From Eledone cirrhosa (Eukaryota), in contig OZ024766.1 of the NCBI GenBank assembly GCA_964016885.1, positions 8,990,001 to 9,054,000 of the forward strand: DNA of 64,000 bases. The letters run 5' to 3'. Both the position numbers and the translations under genes were made by a program. Under the pieces are notes generated by a model, which worked only from the letters and a program-made list of their open reading frames with translations, made no database searches and was not told the origin of the DNA. Below, piece by piece: positions 1-64,000 of this stretch (positions within the stretch are counted from its first letter, which is position 1; every line of letters begins with the position of its first letter).

Positions 1-434
1 TATAATATATATATACACACACACACACACGCACACTCAGGGTGACCACAAAAACACTAAGAGCTTAATTATAGCAACAAAAGGAGCAGACATTGAGTGC
101 CTTTGATATCAACCAATACCACATGAAACTTTGTTAGTTTATGCAACTGTAGCCACCAAAATTGTAAGAATATTCATTTAAGTTTTCATATAACTATTTG
201 AAACCAAGGAATATTTTTGAGGTCATCCTGTCCTCCATATATTTTTTTTGTCTTTTATTAAAGAATTTTTAAAAAACAGGAAAAAACTATACTTTATTTG
301 AGGAAAACGTAAAAATATTTGGATGGACGGATTTAAGAATTGTTTTTTCTTTAAAATATAAATACAAATATTCCTTGTTCGGACACACTGTTTTCTTTTT
401 TCATTTATACACCAACGAATATTGTTACATATAA

Positions 435-922
435 AGGGTAAAGGCCCCCTTTGGTCACAAATAACCATGGGATTTACACCTACATAGTTCTTCTCCAAGG
501 TACAAGACCAGGCAAGGTTGTTTGTGGAACACCAGCAGTCACCCATGTACACCAGTCTCTCCTGTCTCCTCTCTCCACACCACCGATGTTGTCCAAGGGA
601 AAGGTAATGGCTGATACAGCTTGGCACCAGTGACATCACAATATATATATATATATACACTATATATGATGTTGTCTAAGGGAAAGGTAATGGCTGATAC
701 AGCTTGGCCCCAGTGACATTACAACATATATATATATATACACTATATATGATGTTGTCCAAGGGAAAGGTAATGGCTGACACAGCTTGGCACCAGTGAT
801 GTCATAATATATACTATATATACACTATATACTTTGTATATACACTATATATTCTATATATGATGTCAAGAGAAAGGCAAAAACTGATACAGCTTGGCAC
901 CAGTGACGTGGCAGTATATACA

Positions 923-954
<32 letters not shown>

Positions 955-1184
955 GAACGAGTAGGACCCCGACGGCTGAGCTCAAGCCGTTTCGACGGCT
1001 AATTCTGGACTCAGAATCAGCCGTCGAAACGGCTTGAGCTCAGCCGTCGGGGTCCTACTCGTTCCTATTACCCACTCTACTACCCTAAGTATTGAGTACT
1101 TTGGTGCGTTATGGTCCACCTGGTTCCTTACCACATTTCCTTCATTATATATATACACTACATACTTTATATATACACTATATA

Positions 1185-1222
<38 letters not shown>

Positions 1223-1316
1223 TATATATGATGTTGTCCAAGGAAAAGGTAATGGCTGATACAGCTTGACACCAGTGATGTCATAATATATACTCTCTAT
1301 ATATATATATACAGAC

Positions 1317-1347
<31 letters not shown>

Positions 1348-1432
1348 TATATAGTATATATATATACACTATATATGATGTTGCCCAAGGGAAAGACCAA
1401 GGTTGATACAGCTTGGCACCAGTGACGTTGCA
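435..1432 (-). mobile_element. SINE 3' portion (435-640) with a ~50-bp piece re-amplified about 5 times between (TA)n runs
   Basis: gatgttgtccaagggaaaggtaatggctgatacagcttggcaccagtgac recurs near 585, 668, 751, 860, 1230 and 1377; resembles a recalled octopod SINE. Confidence 0.6.
951..1145. mobile_element. Fold-back element family A: ~55-bp-arm hairpin plus ~80-bp tail, inside (TA)n
   Basis: ataggaacgagtaggaccccgacggctgagctcaagccgtttcgacggct and its reverse complement; other copies at 14429-14620 and 23602-23796. Confidence 0.75.
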
Positions 1433-1494
1433 ATATATATACACACTATATATACACTATATATACTCTATATATAATATATATACACTATGTA

Positions 1495-4400
1495 GGGCTA
1501 GCTAGGTGAGGTGGGTTTAGGATGGAGGTCTCACCTCTTCTTTAACAGGGAGGCCATGGTGTGTGTGTAGAGGGAGAGAGAGAGAAGGGGCTAGAAGGAT
1601 GGGGATTCTCATCTTCAGCAGGGAGGCCATGGTGTGTCTATGTAGAGGGAGAAGGGGCTAGCTAGGTGAGGCAGGGCTGGGACCATGGGGGGGGGGGTCT
1701 CACCTCATCTTCAGCAGGGAGGCCATGGTGTGTGTATGTAGAGGGAGAAGGAGCTAGCTAGGTGAGGCAGGGCTGGGACCACGGGGGAAGGGGTCTCACC
1801 TCATCTTCAGCAGGGAGGCCATGGTGTGTGTATGTAGAGGGAGAAGGGGCTAGCTAGGTGAGGCAGGGCTGGGACCACGGGGGAAGGGGTCTCACCTCAT
1901 CTTCAGCAGGGAGGCCATGGTGTGTGTATGTAGAGGGAGAAGGGGCTAGCTAGGTGAGGCAGGGCTGGGACCACGGGGGGGTCTCACCTCATCTTCAGCA
2001 GGGAGGCCATGGTGTGTGTATGTAGAGGGAGAAGGGGCTAGCTAGGTGAGGCAGGGCTGGGACCACGGGGGGTCTCACCTCATCTTCAGCAGGGAGGCCA
2101 TGGTGTGTGTGTGTAGAGGGAGAAGGAGCTAGCTAGGTGAGGCAGGGCTGGGACCACGAGGGGGGGTCTCATCTCATCTTCAGCAGGGAGGCCATGGTGT
2201 GTGTATGTAGAGGGAGAAGGGGCTAGCTAGGTGAGGCAGGGCTGGGACCACGAGGGGGTGTCTCACCTCATCTTCAGCAGGGAGGCCATGGTGTGTGTAT
2301 GTAGAGGGAGAAGGGGCTAGCTAGGTGAGGCAGGGCTGGGACCACGGGGAGGGGGTCTCACCTCATCTTCAGCAGGGAGGCCATGGTGTGTGTATGTAGA
2401 GGGAGAAGGGGCTAGCTAGGTGAGGCAGGGCTGGGACCACGGGGGAAGGGGTCTCACCTCATCTTCAGCAGGGGGGCCATGGTGTGTGTGTGTAGAGGGA
2501 GAAGGAGCTAGCTAGGTGAGGCAGGGCTGTGACCACGGGAAGGGGTCTCCCCTCATCTTCAGCAGGGGGGCCATGGTGTGTGTGTGTAGAGGGAGAAGGG
2601 GCTAGCTAGGTGAGGCAGGGCTGTGACCACGGGGAGGGGGTCTCACCTCATCTTCAGCAGGGAGGCCATGGTGTGTGTATGTAGAGGGAGAAGGGGCTAG
2701 CTAGGTGAGGCAGGGCTGTGACCACGGGGGAAGGGGTCTCACCTCATCTTCAGCAGGGAGGCCATGGTGTGTGTATGTAGAGGGAGAAGGGGCTAGCTAG
2801 GTGAGGCAGGGCTGGGACCACGGGGGAAGGGGTCTCACCTCATCTTCAGCAGGGAGGCCATGGTGTGTGTATGTAGAGGGAGAAGGGGCTAGCTAGGTGA
2901 GGCAGGGCTGGGACCACGGGGGAAGGGGTCTCACCTCATCTTCAGCAGGGAGGCCATGGTGTGTGTATGTAGAGGGAGAAGGGGCTAGCTAGGTGAGGCA
3001 GGGCTGTGACCACGGGAAGGGGTCTCCCCTCATCTTCAGCAGGGGGGCCATGGTGTGTGTGTGTAGAGGGAGAAGGGGCTAGCTAGGTGAGGCAGGGCTG
3101 GGACCACGGGGGAAGGGGTCTCACCTCATCTTCAGCAGGGAGGCCATGGTGTGTGTATGTAGAGGGAGAAGGGGCTAGCTAGGTGAGGCAGGGCTGTGAC
3201 CACGGGAAGGGGTCTCCCCTCATCTTCAGCAGGGGGGCCATGGTGTGTGTGTGTAGAGGGAGAAGGGGCTAGCTAGGTGAGGCAGGGCTGGGACCACGGG
3301 GGGGGGAAGGTCTCACCTCATCTTCAGCAGGGGGGCCATGGTGTGTGTATGTAGAGGGAGAAGGAGCTAGCTAGGTGAGGCAGGGCTGGGACCACGGGAG
3401 GGGGGAGGTCTCACCTCATCTTCAGCAGGGGAGCCATGGTGTGTGTATGTAGAGGGAGAAGGGGCTAGCTAGGTGAGGCAGGGCTGTGACCACGGGAAGG
3501 GGTCTCCCCTCATCTTCAGCAGGGAGGCCATGGTGTGTGTATGTAGAGGGAGAAGGGGCTAGCTAGGTGAGGCAGGGCTGGGACCACGGGGGGGTCTCAT
3601 CTCATCTTCAGCAGGGAGGCCATGGTGTGTGTATGTAGAGGGAGAAGGGGCTAGCTAGGTGAGGCAGGGCTGTGACCACGGGAAGGGGTCTCCCCTCATC
3701 TTCAGCAGGGAGGCCATGGTGTGTGTATGTAGAGGGAGAAGGGGCTAGCTAAGTGAGGCAGGGCTGGGACCACGGGGGGTCTCACCTCATCTTCAGCAGG
3801 GAGGCCATGGTGTGTGTATGTAGAGGGAGAAGGGGCTAGCTAGGTGAGGCAGGGCTGTGACCACGGGGAGGGGGTCTCACCTCATCTTCAGCAGGGAGGC
3901 CATGGTGTGTGTATGTAGAGGGAGAAGGAGCTAGCTAGGTGAGGCAGGGCTGGGACCACGGGGGAAGGGGTCTCACCTCATCTTCAGCAGGGAGGCCATG
4001 GTGTGTGTATGTAGAGGGAGAAGGGGCTAGCTAGGTGAGGCAGGGCTGGGACCACGGGGGGGTCTCACCTCATCTTCAGCAGGGAGGCCATGGTGTGTGT
4101 ATGTAGAGGGAGAAGGGGCTAGCTAGGTGAGGCAGGGCTGGGACCACGGGGGGGTCTCACCTCATCTTCAGCAGGGAGGCCATGGTGTGTGTGTGTAGAG
4201 GGAGAAGGGGCTAGCTAGGTGAGGCAGGGCTGTGACCACGGGAAGGGGTCTCACCTCATCTTCAGCAGGGGGGCCATGGTGTGTGTGTGTAGAGGGAGAA
4301 GGGGCTAGCTAGGTGAGGCAGGGCTGGGACCACGGGGGGGGGAAGGTCTCACCTCATCTTCAGCAGGGAGGCCATGGTGTGTGTATGTAGAGGGAGAAGG

Positions 4401-5387
4401 GGCTAGCTAGGTGAGGCAGGGCTGTGACCACGGGGGAGTCTCACCTCATCTTCAGCAGGGAGGCCATGGTGTGTGTATGTAGAGGGAGAAGGGGCTAGCT
4501 AGGTGAGGCAGGGCTGGGACCACGAGGGGGGGTCTCATCTCATCTTCAGCAGGGAGGCCATGGTGTGTGTGTGTAGAGGGAGAAGGGGCTAGCTAGGTGA
4601 GGCAGGGCTGGGACCACGGGGGGGGGGCTCACCTCATCTTCAGCAGGGGGGCCATGGTGTGTGTATGTAGAGGGAGAAGGGGCTAGCTAAGTGAGGCAGG
4701 GCTGGGACCATGGGGGGGGGTCTCACCTCATCTTCAGCAGGGAGGCCATGGTGTGTGTATGTAGAGGGAGAAGGACCTAGCTAGGTGAGGCAGGGCTGTG
4801 ACCACGGGAAGGGGTCTCCCCTCATCTTCAGCAGGGAGGCCATGGTGTGTGTATGTAGAGGGAGAAGGGGCTAGCTAGGTGAGGCAGGGCTGGGACCACG
4901 GGGGAAGGGGTCTCACCTCATCTTCAGCAGGGAGGCCATGGTGTGTGTATGTAGAGGGAGAAGGGGCTAGCTAGGTGAGGCAGGGCTGTGACCACGGGAA
5001 GGGGTCTCCCCTCATCTTCAGCAGGGGGGCCATGGTGTGTGTATGTAGAGGGAGAAGGAGCTAGCTAGGTGAGGCAGGGCTGTGACCACGGGAAGGGGTC
5101 TCCCCTCATCTTCAGCAGGGGGGCCATGGTGTGTGTATGTAGAGGGAGAAGGAGCTAGCTAGGTGAGGCAGGGCTGTGACCACGGGAAGGGGTCTCCCCT
5201 CATCTTCAGCAGGGAGGCCATGGTGTGTGTATGTAGAGGGAGAAGGGGCTAGCTAGGTGAGGCAGGGCTGGGACCACGGGGAGGGGGTCTCACCTCATCT
5301 TCAGCAGGGAGGCCATGGTGTGTGTATGTAGAGGGAGAAGGGGCTAGCTAGGTGAGGCAGGGCTGTGACCACGGGAGGGGGGAGGTC

Positions 5388-5414
<27 letters not shown>
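1495..5414. repeat. ~96-bp satellite, ~41 copies, unit includes the CC2D2A last 8 codons and stop
   Basis: Period 96 (tcatcttcag at 1801 and 1897); last unit runs into the terminal exon. Confidence 0.97.
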
Positions 5415-59053
<53,639 letters not shown>

Positions 59054-59150
59054 CTGCAGAGCCTAGAAATAAACGAACAAACAGTAAATGTTTACATTTG
59101 AATATATGTGTGTGTGTATATATCTGTGTATATATATATATATATATGTC

Positions 59151-59766
59151 AGGTCAACAGTTGCTGCTACTGGTAACATGTATCCCAGTACAACCTGTCC
59201 CATGGTCGGGTCGTTGGCGACTAAACTGGCAACCACCACCAAGGTTTCTTGGTGAGGAGGGTGACTTTGGACATCCTGCAGAACTAAAAACAAAACCTGT
59301 CAAAGGGCAAAGGAGCTCTTAAGAGTCAATGGCCATCCTCAAAATCGCCGGGAGAGATGACCCCTTAGCCTTTGTCAAGGCAGAATTCTAGAAGGAAAAG
59401 TCTGATATAACACCTGCAACCCTGATGGTATCCAATGATGTTGACTTGTTCTTCTTTTTGGTTAAATATCATCTTGGTTAAGAGAGTGGGACTGGCTTGT
59501 GCAGTGCCTTGCTCACTATAGAAAGCTTCAACGGCACAGGCCTAATGCTCTGTCTAAGCATGTACTCTCTGGCTCCTGCACTTGTCGTCACATGGTACCT
59601 TGGGCCCAGCAGCTATGTTGTCCATATTGTCACAGGTGTAGTGTTCGTCCAGGTTTTCAAGTCACTGGCTGGACTAAAAAGTCACACTCGTTCAGCGCAT
59701 CGGTAGGGGTTCTCCTACATGGATATAAATTAGTGGCTTTACTCGAAAACGAGTTGGCAGCCACCA
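59151..59766 (+). mobile_element. RTE-type 5'UTR-derived non-autonomous element with twister-like 5' end
   Basis: Second copy at 7665-8146, partial at 26690-26880; bounded by (TA)n. Confidence 0.7.
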
Positions 59767-59920
59767 TATATATATAAATATATTCATCATCATCATCGTT
59801 TAACGTCTATCTTCAGCTTGGCTTCCTACGCTAGCAATGGGTTATAGATGGAAGATGGTTGTCCCACTTGAGGCAAGATTGTTTAATCGTCATTTAATGA
59901 AATTTTATTTAATATAGGAC

Positions 59921-60006
59921 CTTCCTTATTCTATTCAGACTTCCTCTTCGATTTTCCTCTTCATTTTTCTTCTTTTTCTTCTGGTTCTTGGTTCTTCGTT
60001 TGCTTT
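59921..60006 (-). CDS. Possible further CC2D2A exon (K/E-rich SKRRTKNQKKKKKNEEENRRGSLNRIRK)
   Basis: Purine-rich open frame ending in phase 0 as the next exon requires, but weak splice sites and low-quality contig end. Confidence 0.3.
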
Positions 60007-60011
60007 CTTTA

Positions 60012-60770
60012 GGTGGTGGGTGGTGGTGGTATTGTGTGGTGGTGGTGCGTTGCTGTGGTGGTGGTGGTGGTGGTGGTGGTGGTGTTGTGGTGGTGGTGTT
60101 GTGGTGGTGGTGGTGGTGGTTGTGGTGGTGTAGTGGTGGTGGTGGTGTGGTAGTAGTGGTGTGGTGGTGAGTGTTGTGGTGGTGGTGTGGTGGGGTGGTG
60201 GTGGTGTGTGGTGTAGTGGTGGTGGTGTGGTGGTGGTGTGGTGGTGAGTGGTGGTGGTGTGGTGGTGGTGGTGGTAGTAGTAGTGGTGGTGTGTGGTGGT
60301 GTGGTGTGTGTGTGGTGTGGTAGAGGTGTGGTGGTGGTGTGGTGTGGTGGTGGTAGTGAGTGGTGGTGGTAGGTGGTGGTGGTGGTGGTGGTGTTGTGGT
60401 GGTGGTGTGTTGGTGGTGTGTTGTGTGTTGTGGTGGTGGTGGTGTGGTGTTGTGGTGGTGGTGGTGTTGTAGTGGTGGTGGTGTTGTTGTTGTGGTGGTA
60501 TAGCAGTGGTGGTGGTGTGTTGTTGTGGTGGTGGTATAGCTGTGGTGGTGGTGGGTGGTGTTGTTGTGGTGGTGGTATAGCAGGTGGTGGGTGGTGGTGG
60601 TGTTGTTGTTGTGGTGGTGGTATAGCAGTGGTGGTGGTGGTGGTGGTGTTGTTGTTGTGGTGGTGGTATAGCAGTGGTGGTGGTGTGGTGGTGGTAGTGG
60701 TTGTATAGCAGTGGTGGTGTGGTGTGTGGTGGTGGTTGTATAGCAGTGGTGGTGGTGGTGGTGTTGTGGA
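60012..60770. repeat. Degenerate (TGG)n microsatellite
   Basis: Direct inspection. Confidence 0.95.
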
Positions 60771-60864
60771 TGAAAAAAAAAAGGAAAAAGACAAAGAAAA
60801 AATATTTAGAGTAATATATCATCATCATCATACAGCTAGCCTAGGATGCTAGATACCCAGAGTT

Positions 60865-61114
60865 ACCATGGCCACAGTCTGTAATGTGGTGCCCCAGTAT
60901 GGCCAGTCTAATGACTGTAATGTGGTGCCCCAGCATGGCCACACTCTAGTGACTGTAATGTGGTGCCCCAGCATGGCCACAGTCACTAGTGACTGTACTG
61001 TGGTGCCCCAGCATGGCACCACAGTCACAAAGACTGTCAATGCTGGTGCACCAGCATGGCCACAGTCTAGCTAGACTGTGCCAGTCAATGCTGTGTGGGC
61101 CCAGCATGGCACAG
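60865..61114. repeat. ~40-bp minisatellite at contig end
   Basis: gactgtaatgtggtgccccagcatggccacagtc repeated about 6 times. Confidence 0.85.
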
Positions 61115-61314
61115 NNNNNNNNNNNNNNNNNNNNNNNNNNNNNNNNNNNNNNNNNNNNNNNNNNNNNNNNNNNNNNNNNNNNNNNNNNNNNNNNNNNNNN
61201 NNNNNNNNNNNNNNNNNNNNNNNNNNNNNNNNNNNNNNNNNNNNNNNNNNNNNNNNNNNNNNNNNNNNNNNNNNNNNNNNNNNNNNNNNNNNNNNNNNNN
61301 NNNNNNNNNNNNNN
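61115..61314. other. Assembly gap (200 N)
   Basis: Direct inspection. Confidence 1.
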
Positions 61315-64000
61315 GGCATCCAGCTGTAGAAATCAAGCCAGATCAGTTCCTGTATGAGCAAGGCATGGTCAGCCGACCAGACACTGCCCACAACAGGACA
61401 ACCCGTCTAACCCATGCTAGCGTGGAAGAACGGACGTAAAACGGTGATGATGATGATGATGATGATATATAATAGGTATGTATGTATAATATATATACAC
61501 ATATATATATATAATAGGTATGTATGTATAATATATATACACATATATATATATAATAGGTATGTATGTATAATATATATACACATATATATATATAATA
61601 GGTATGTATGTATAATATATATATACACATATACATAACAACTAAAAATTGATTAACATATAAATAAACATGAAACAATCACAGGTGATAATTTTTACAA
61701 GTGTGATACATATGAATTAAATAATAGAGCAAGAAACCAGGACTATCCATCATACACACACATACACACACACTATATATATATATATGTATATATATAT
61801 ATCCAAAACTAAGATAAATCAAAATGAATTTAATCTAAATTAAATTATGGGTGTCATGCTAGAAAGACATGGAATATATACAAGGAAGATTAATCAATTT
61901 ATAAGGTATTTATTTTTGAAGTTCTAGTTAACTTTATTTAGTTACCTACCTGGCTATGTGTGGTTACACACTTGTACAGATTATCACCTGTGATTGTTTC
62001 ATATGTTTATTTATAGGTTAATCAATCTCTAGTTGGTGTGTGTGTGTGTGCGTGTGTGCGTGTAAGAGTGCCAGGTTCAATTGGGTGTAACCACAGTAAG
62101 TAAGGTACTCAATACATAGCAGAGTATATATAATATAGAAAAGGCTTCTACAGGACTAGAACTGTTTCATTCGGGAGAAATCATCAGGGCTCCCGATTTC
62201 TCCCGAATGAAACAGTTATAGTCCTGTAGAAGCCTTTTCTATATTATATATACTCTGCTATGTATTGAGTACCTTACTTACTGTGGTTACCTCCGATTGA
62301 ACCTGGGACTCTTACACACACACACATATATATCATCATCATTATCATCATTTTACGTCCGCTTTTCCCTGCTTGCAAGGGTGGGACGGGTCTTATTCAG
62401 CACAGCATCTCTCCACTCGTCCCGGTCCCTCGTCATCTCCACCGTGAGCTTCAATGATCTGAGGTCTGTTCTCACCACCTCCGCCCATGTTTTTCGTGGT
62501 CTACCTCTACCACGTCTTCCTTCAACTGGCATTTCCTGGCACCTCTTCACCCATCGGTCATCCTCCATGCGCATCACATGTCCATACCACCTCAGTCTCC
62601 TCTCCCGTACACTACATTCTATCCCTCTCAGACACAGTTTCTCTCTCAACACATCACATGTCCATACCACCTCAGTCTCCTCTCTCGTACACTACATTCT
62701 ATCCCTCTCAGACACAGTTTCTCTCTCAACACATCACATGTCCATACCACCTCAGTCTCCTCTCTCGCACACTACATTCTATCCCTCTCAGACACAGTTT
62801 CTCTCTCAACACATCACATGTCCATACCACCTCAGTCTCCTCTCCCGTACACTACATTCTATCCCTCTCAGACACAGTTTCTCTCTCAACACATCACATG
62901 TCCATACCATCGCAGTCTCCTCTCTCGCACACTACATTCTATCCCTCTCAGACACAGTTTCTCTCTCAACACATTCATGCTGGGTCGTTCACGCACATTT
63001 ACACTGCACATCCAACGGAGCATGCTTGCCTCATTTCTCTCCAGCCGTCGCATATCCTCTGCGGTTGCTGCCCACGTCTCACTACCATGCAGCATCGCGC
63101 TCCTTGTATGTATAATATATATATATATATATATATACATAACAACTAGAAATTGATTAACATATAAATAAACATATGAAACAATCACAGGGGATAATTT
63201 GTACAAGTGTGTAAGCACACATAGCTAGGTAGGTAACTAAATAAAGTTTAACTAGAACTTCAAAAATAGATACCTTATAAGATGATTAATCTTCCTTGTA
63301 TATATTCCATGTCTATCCACGACACAGAGTACTCACAACCTGTTACTGGATTACCTATAACAATAACTTGTTATCCCTTATATATATTATGTGGAGGCAC
63401 ATGGCTTAGTGGTTAGAGCATTGGTCTTGCAATCGAAAGGTTGTGAGTTCAATTCTCAGACCGGGTGATGTGTTGTTTCCTTAAGCAAGACACTTTATTT
63501 CACATTGCTCCACTTTACTCAGCTGTAGAAGTGGTCGTGGAGGTGCCACGGCAAAAGAAGCACCCAGCACTCACTGTAGATGAGGTTGGTGTTAGGAAGG
63601 GCATCCAGCTGTAGAAATGAGATGATAGGGACTGGGGTCCCTATCATTCCACTGCAAAGTGGTCGTGGAGATGCCACGGCAAAAAAGCACCCAGCACTCA
63701 CTGTAAATGAGGTTGGTGTTAGGAAGGGCATCCAGCTGTAGAAATGAGATGATAGGGACTGGGGTCCCTATCATTCCACTGCAAAGTGGTCGTGGAGGTG
63801 CCACGGCAGAAAAGCACCCAGCACTCACTGTAAATGAGGTTGGTGTTAGGAAGGGCATCCAGCTGTAGAAATGAGATGATAGGGACTGGGGTCCCTATCA
63901 TTCCACTGCAAAGTGGTCGTGGAGGTGCCACGGCAAAAAGGCGCCCAGCACTCACTGTAAATGAGGTTGGTGTTAGGAAGGGCATCCAGCTGTAGAAATC
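61315..64000 (+). repeat. Direct duplicate of 53106-55797
   Basis: Collinear near-identity, differing mainly by single-base indels. Confidence 0.97.

Overview
Repeat-dense eukaryotic genomic DNA, most likely an octopod cephalopod judging from the SINE/RTE repeat content (inference). The window holds the 3' part of a minus-strand CC2D2A (MKS6) gene. I traced 24 GT-AG exons from 59053 down to the TGA at 5388-5390. Splice phases are consistent throughout except for two +1 homopolymer frameshifts (52429-52433 and 58965-58968), which lie in an error-prone contig end. The sequence right of a 200-N gap (61315-64000) is a cleaner duplicate of 53106-55797. Introns are filled with tRNA-derived SINEs, RTE and L1/Tx1-like LINE fragments, microsatellites and many locally seeded tandem arrays. 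Notable observations: (1) a ~41-copy, ~96-bp satellite whose unit contains the gene's last 8 codons and stop codon, with a Kozak-context ATG and a G-quadruplex motif; (2) several minimal hammerhead-ribozyme motifs, plus long fold-back palindromes centred on hammerhead-like cores (Penelope-like remnants); (3) a twister-like fold at the 5' end of an RTE-type element; (4) one intron made almost entirely of a variant-coded minisatellite; (5) an inverted SINE pair next to an exon, a possible ADAR substrate. All homology calls are from recall and manual translation, not database searches. Repeat boundaries are approximate.
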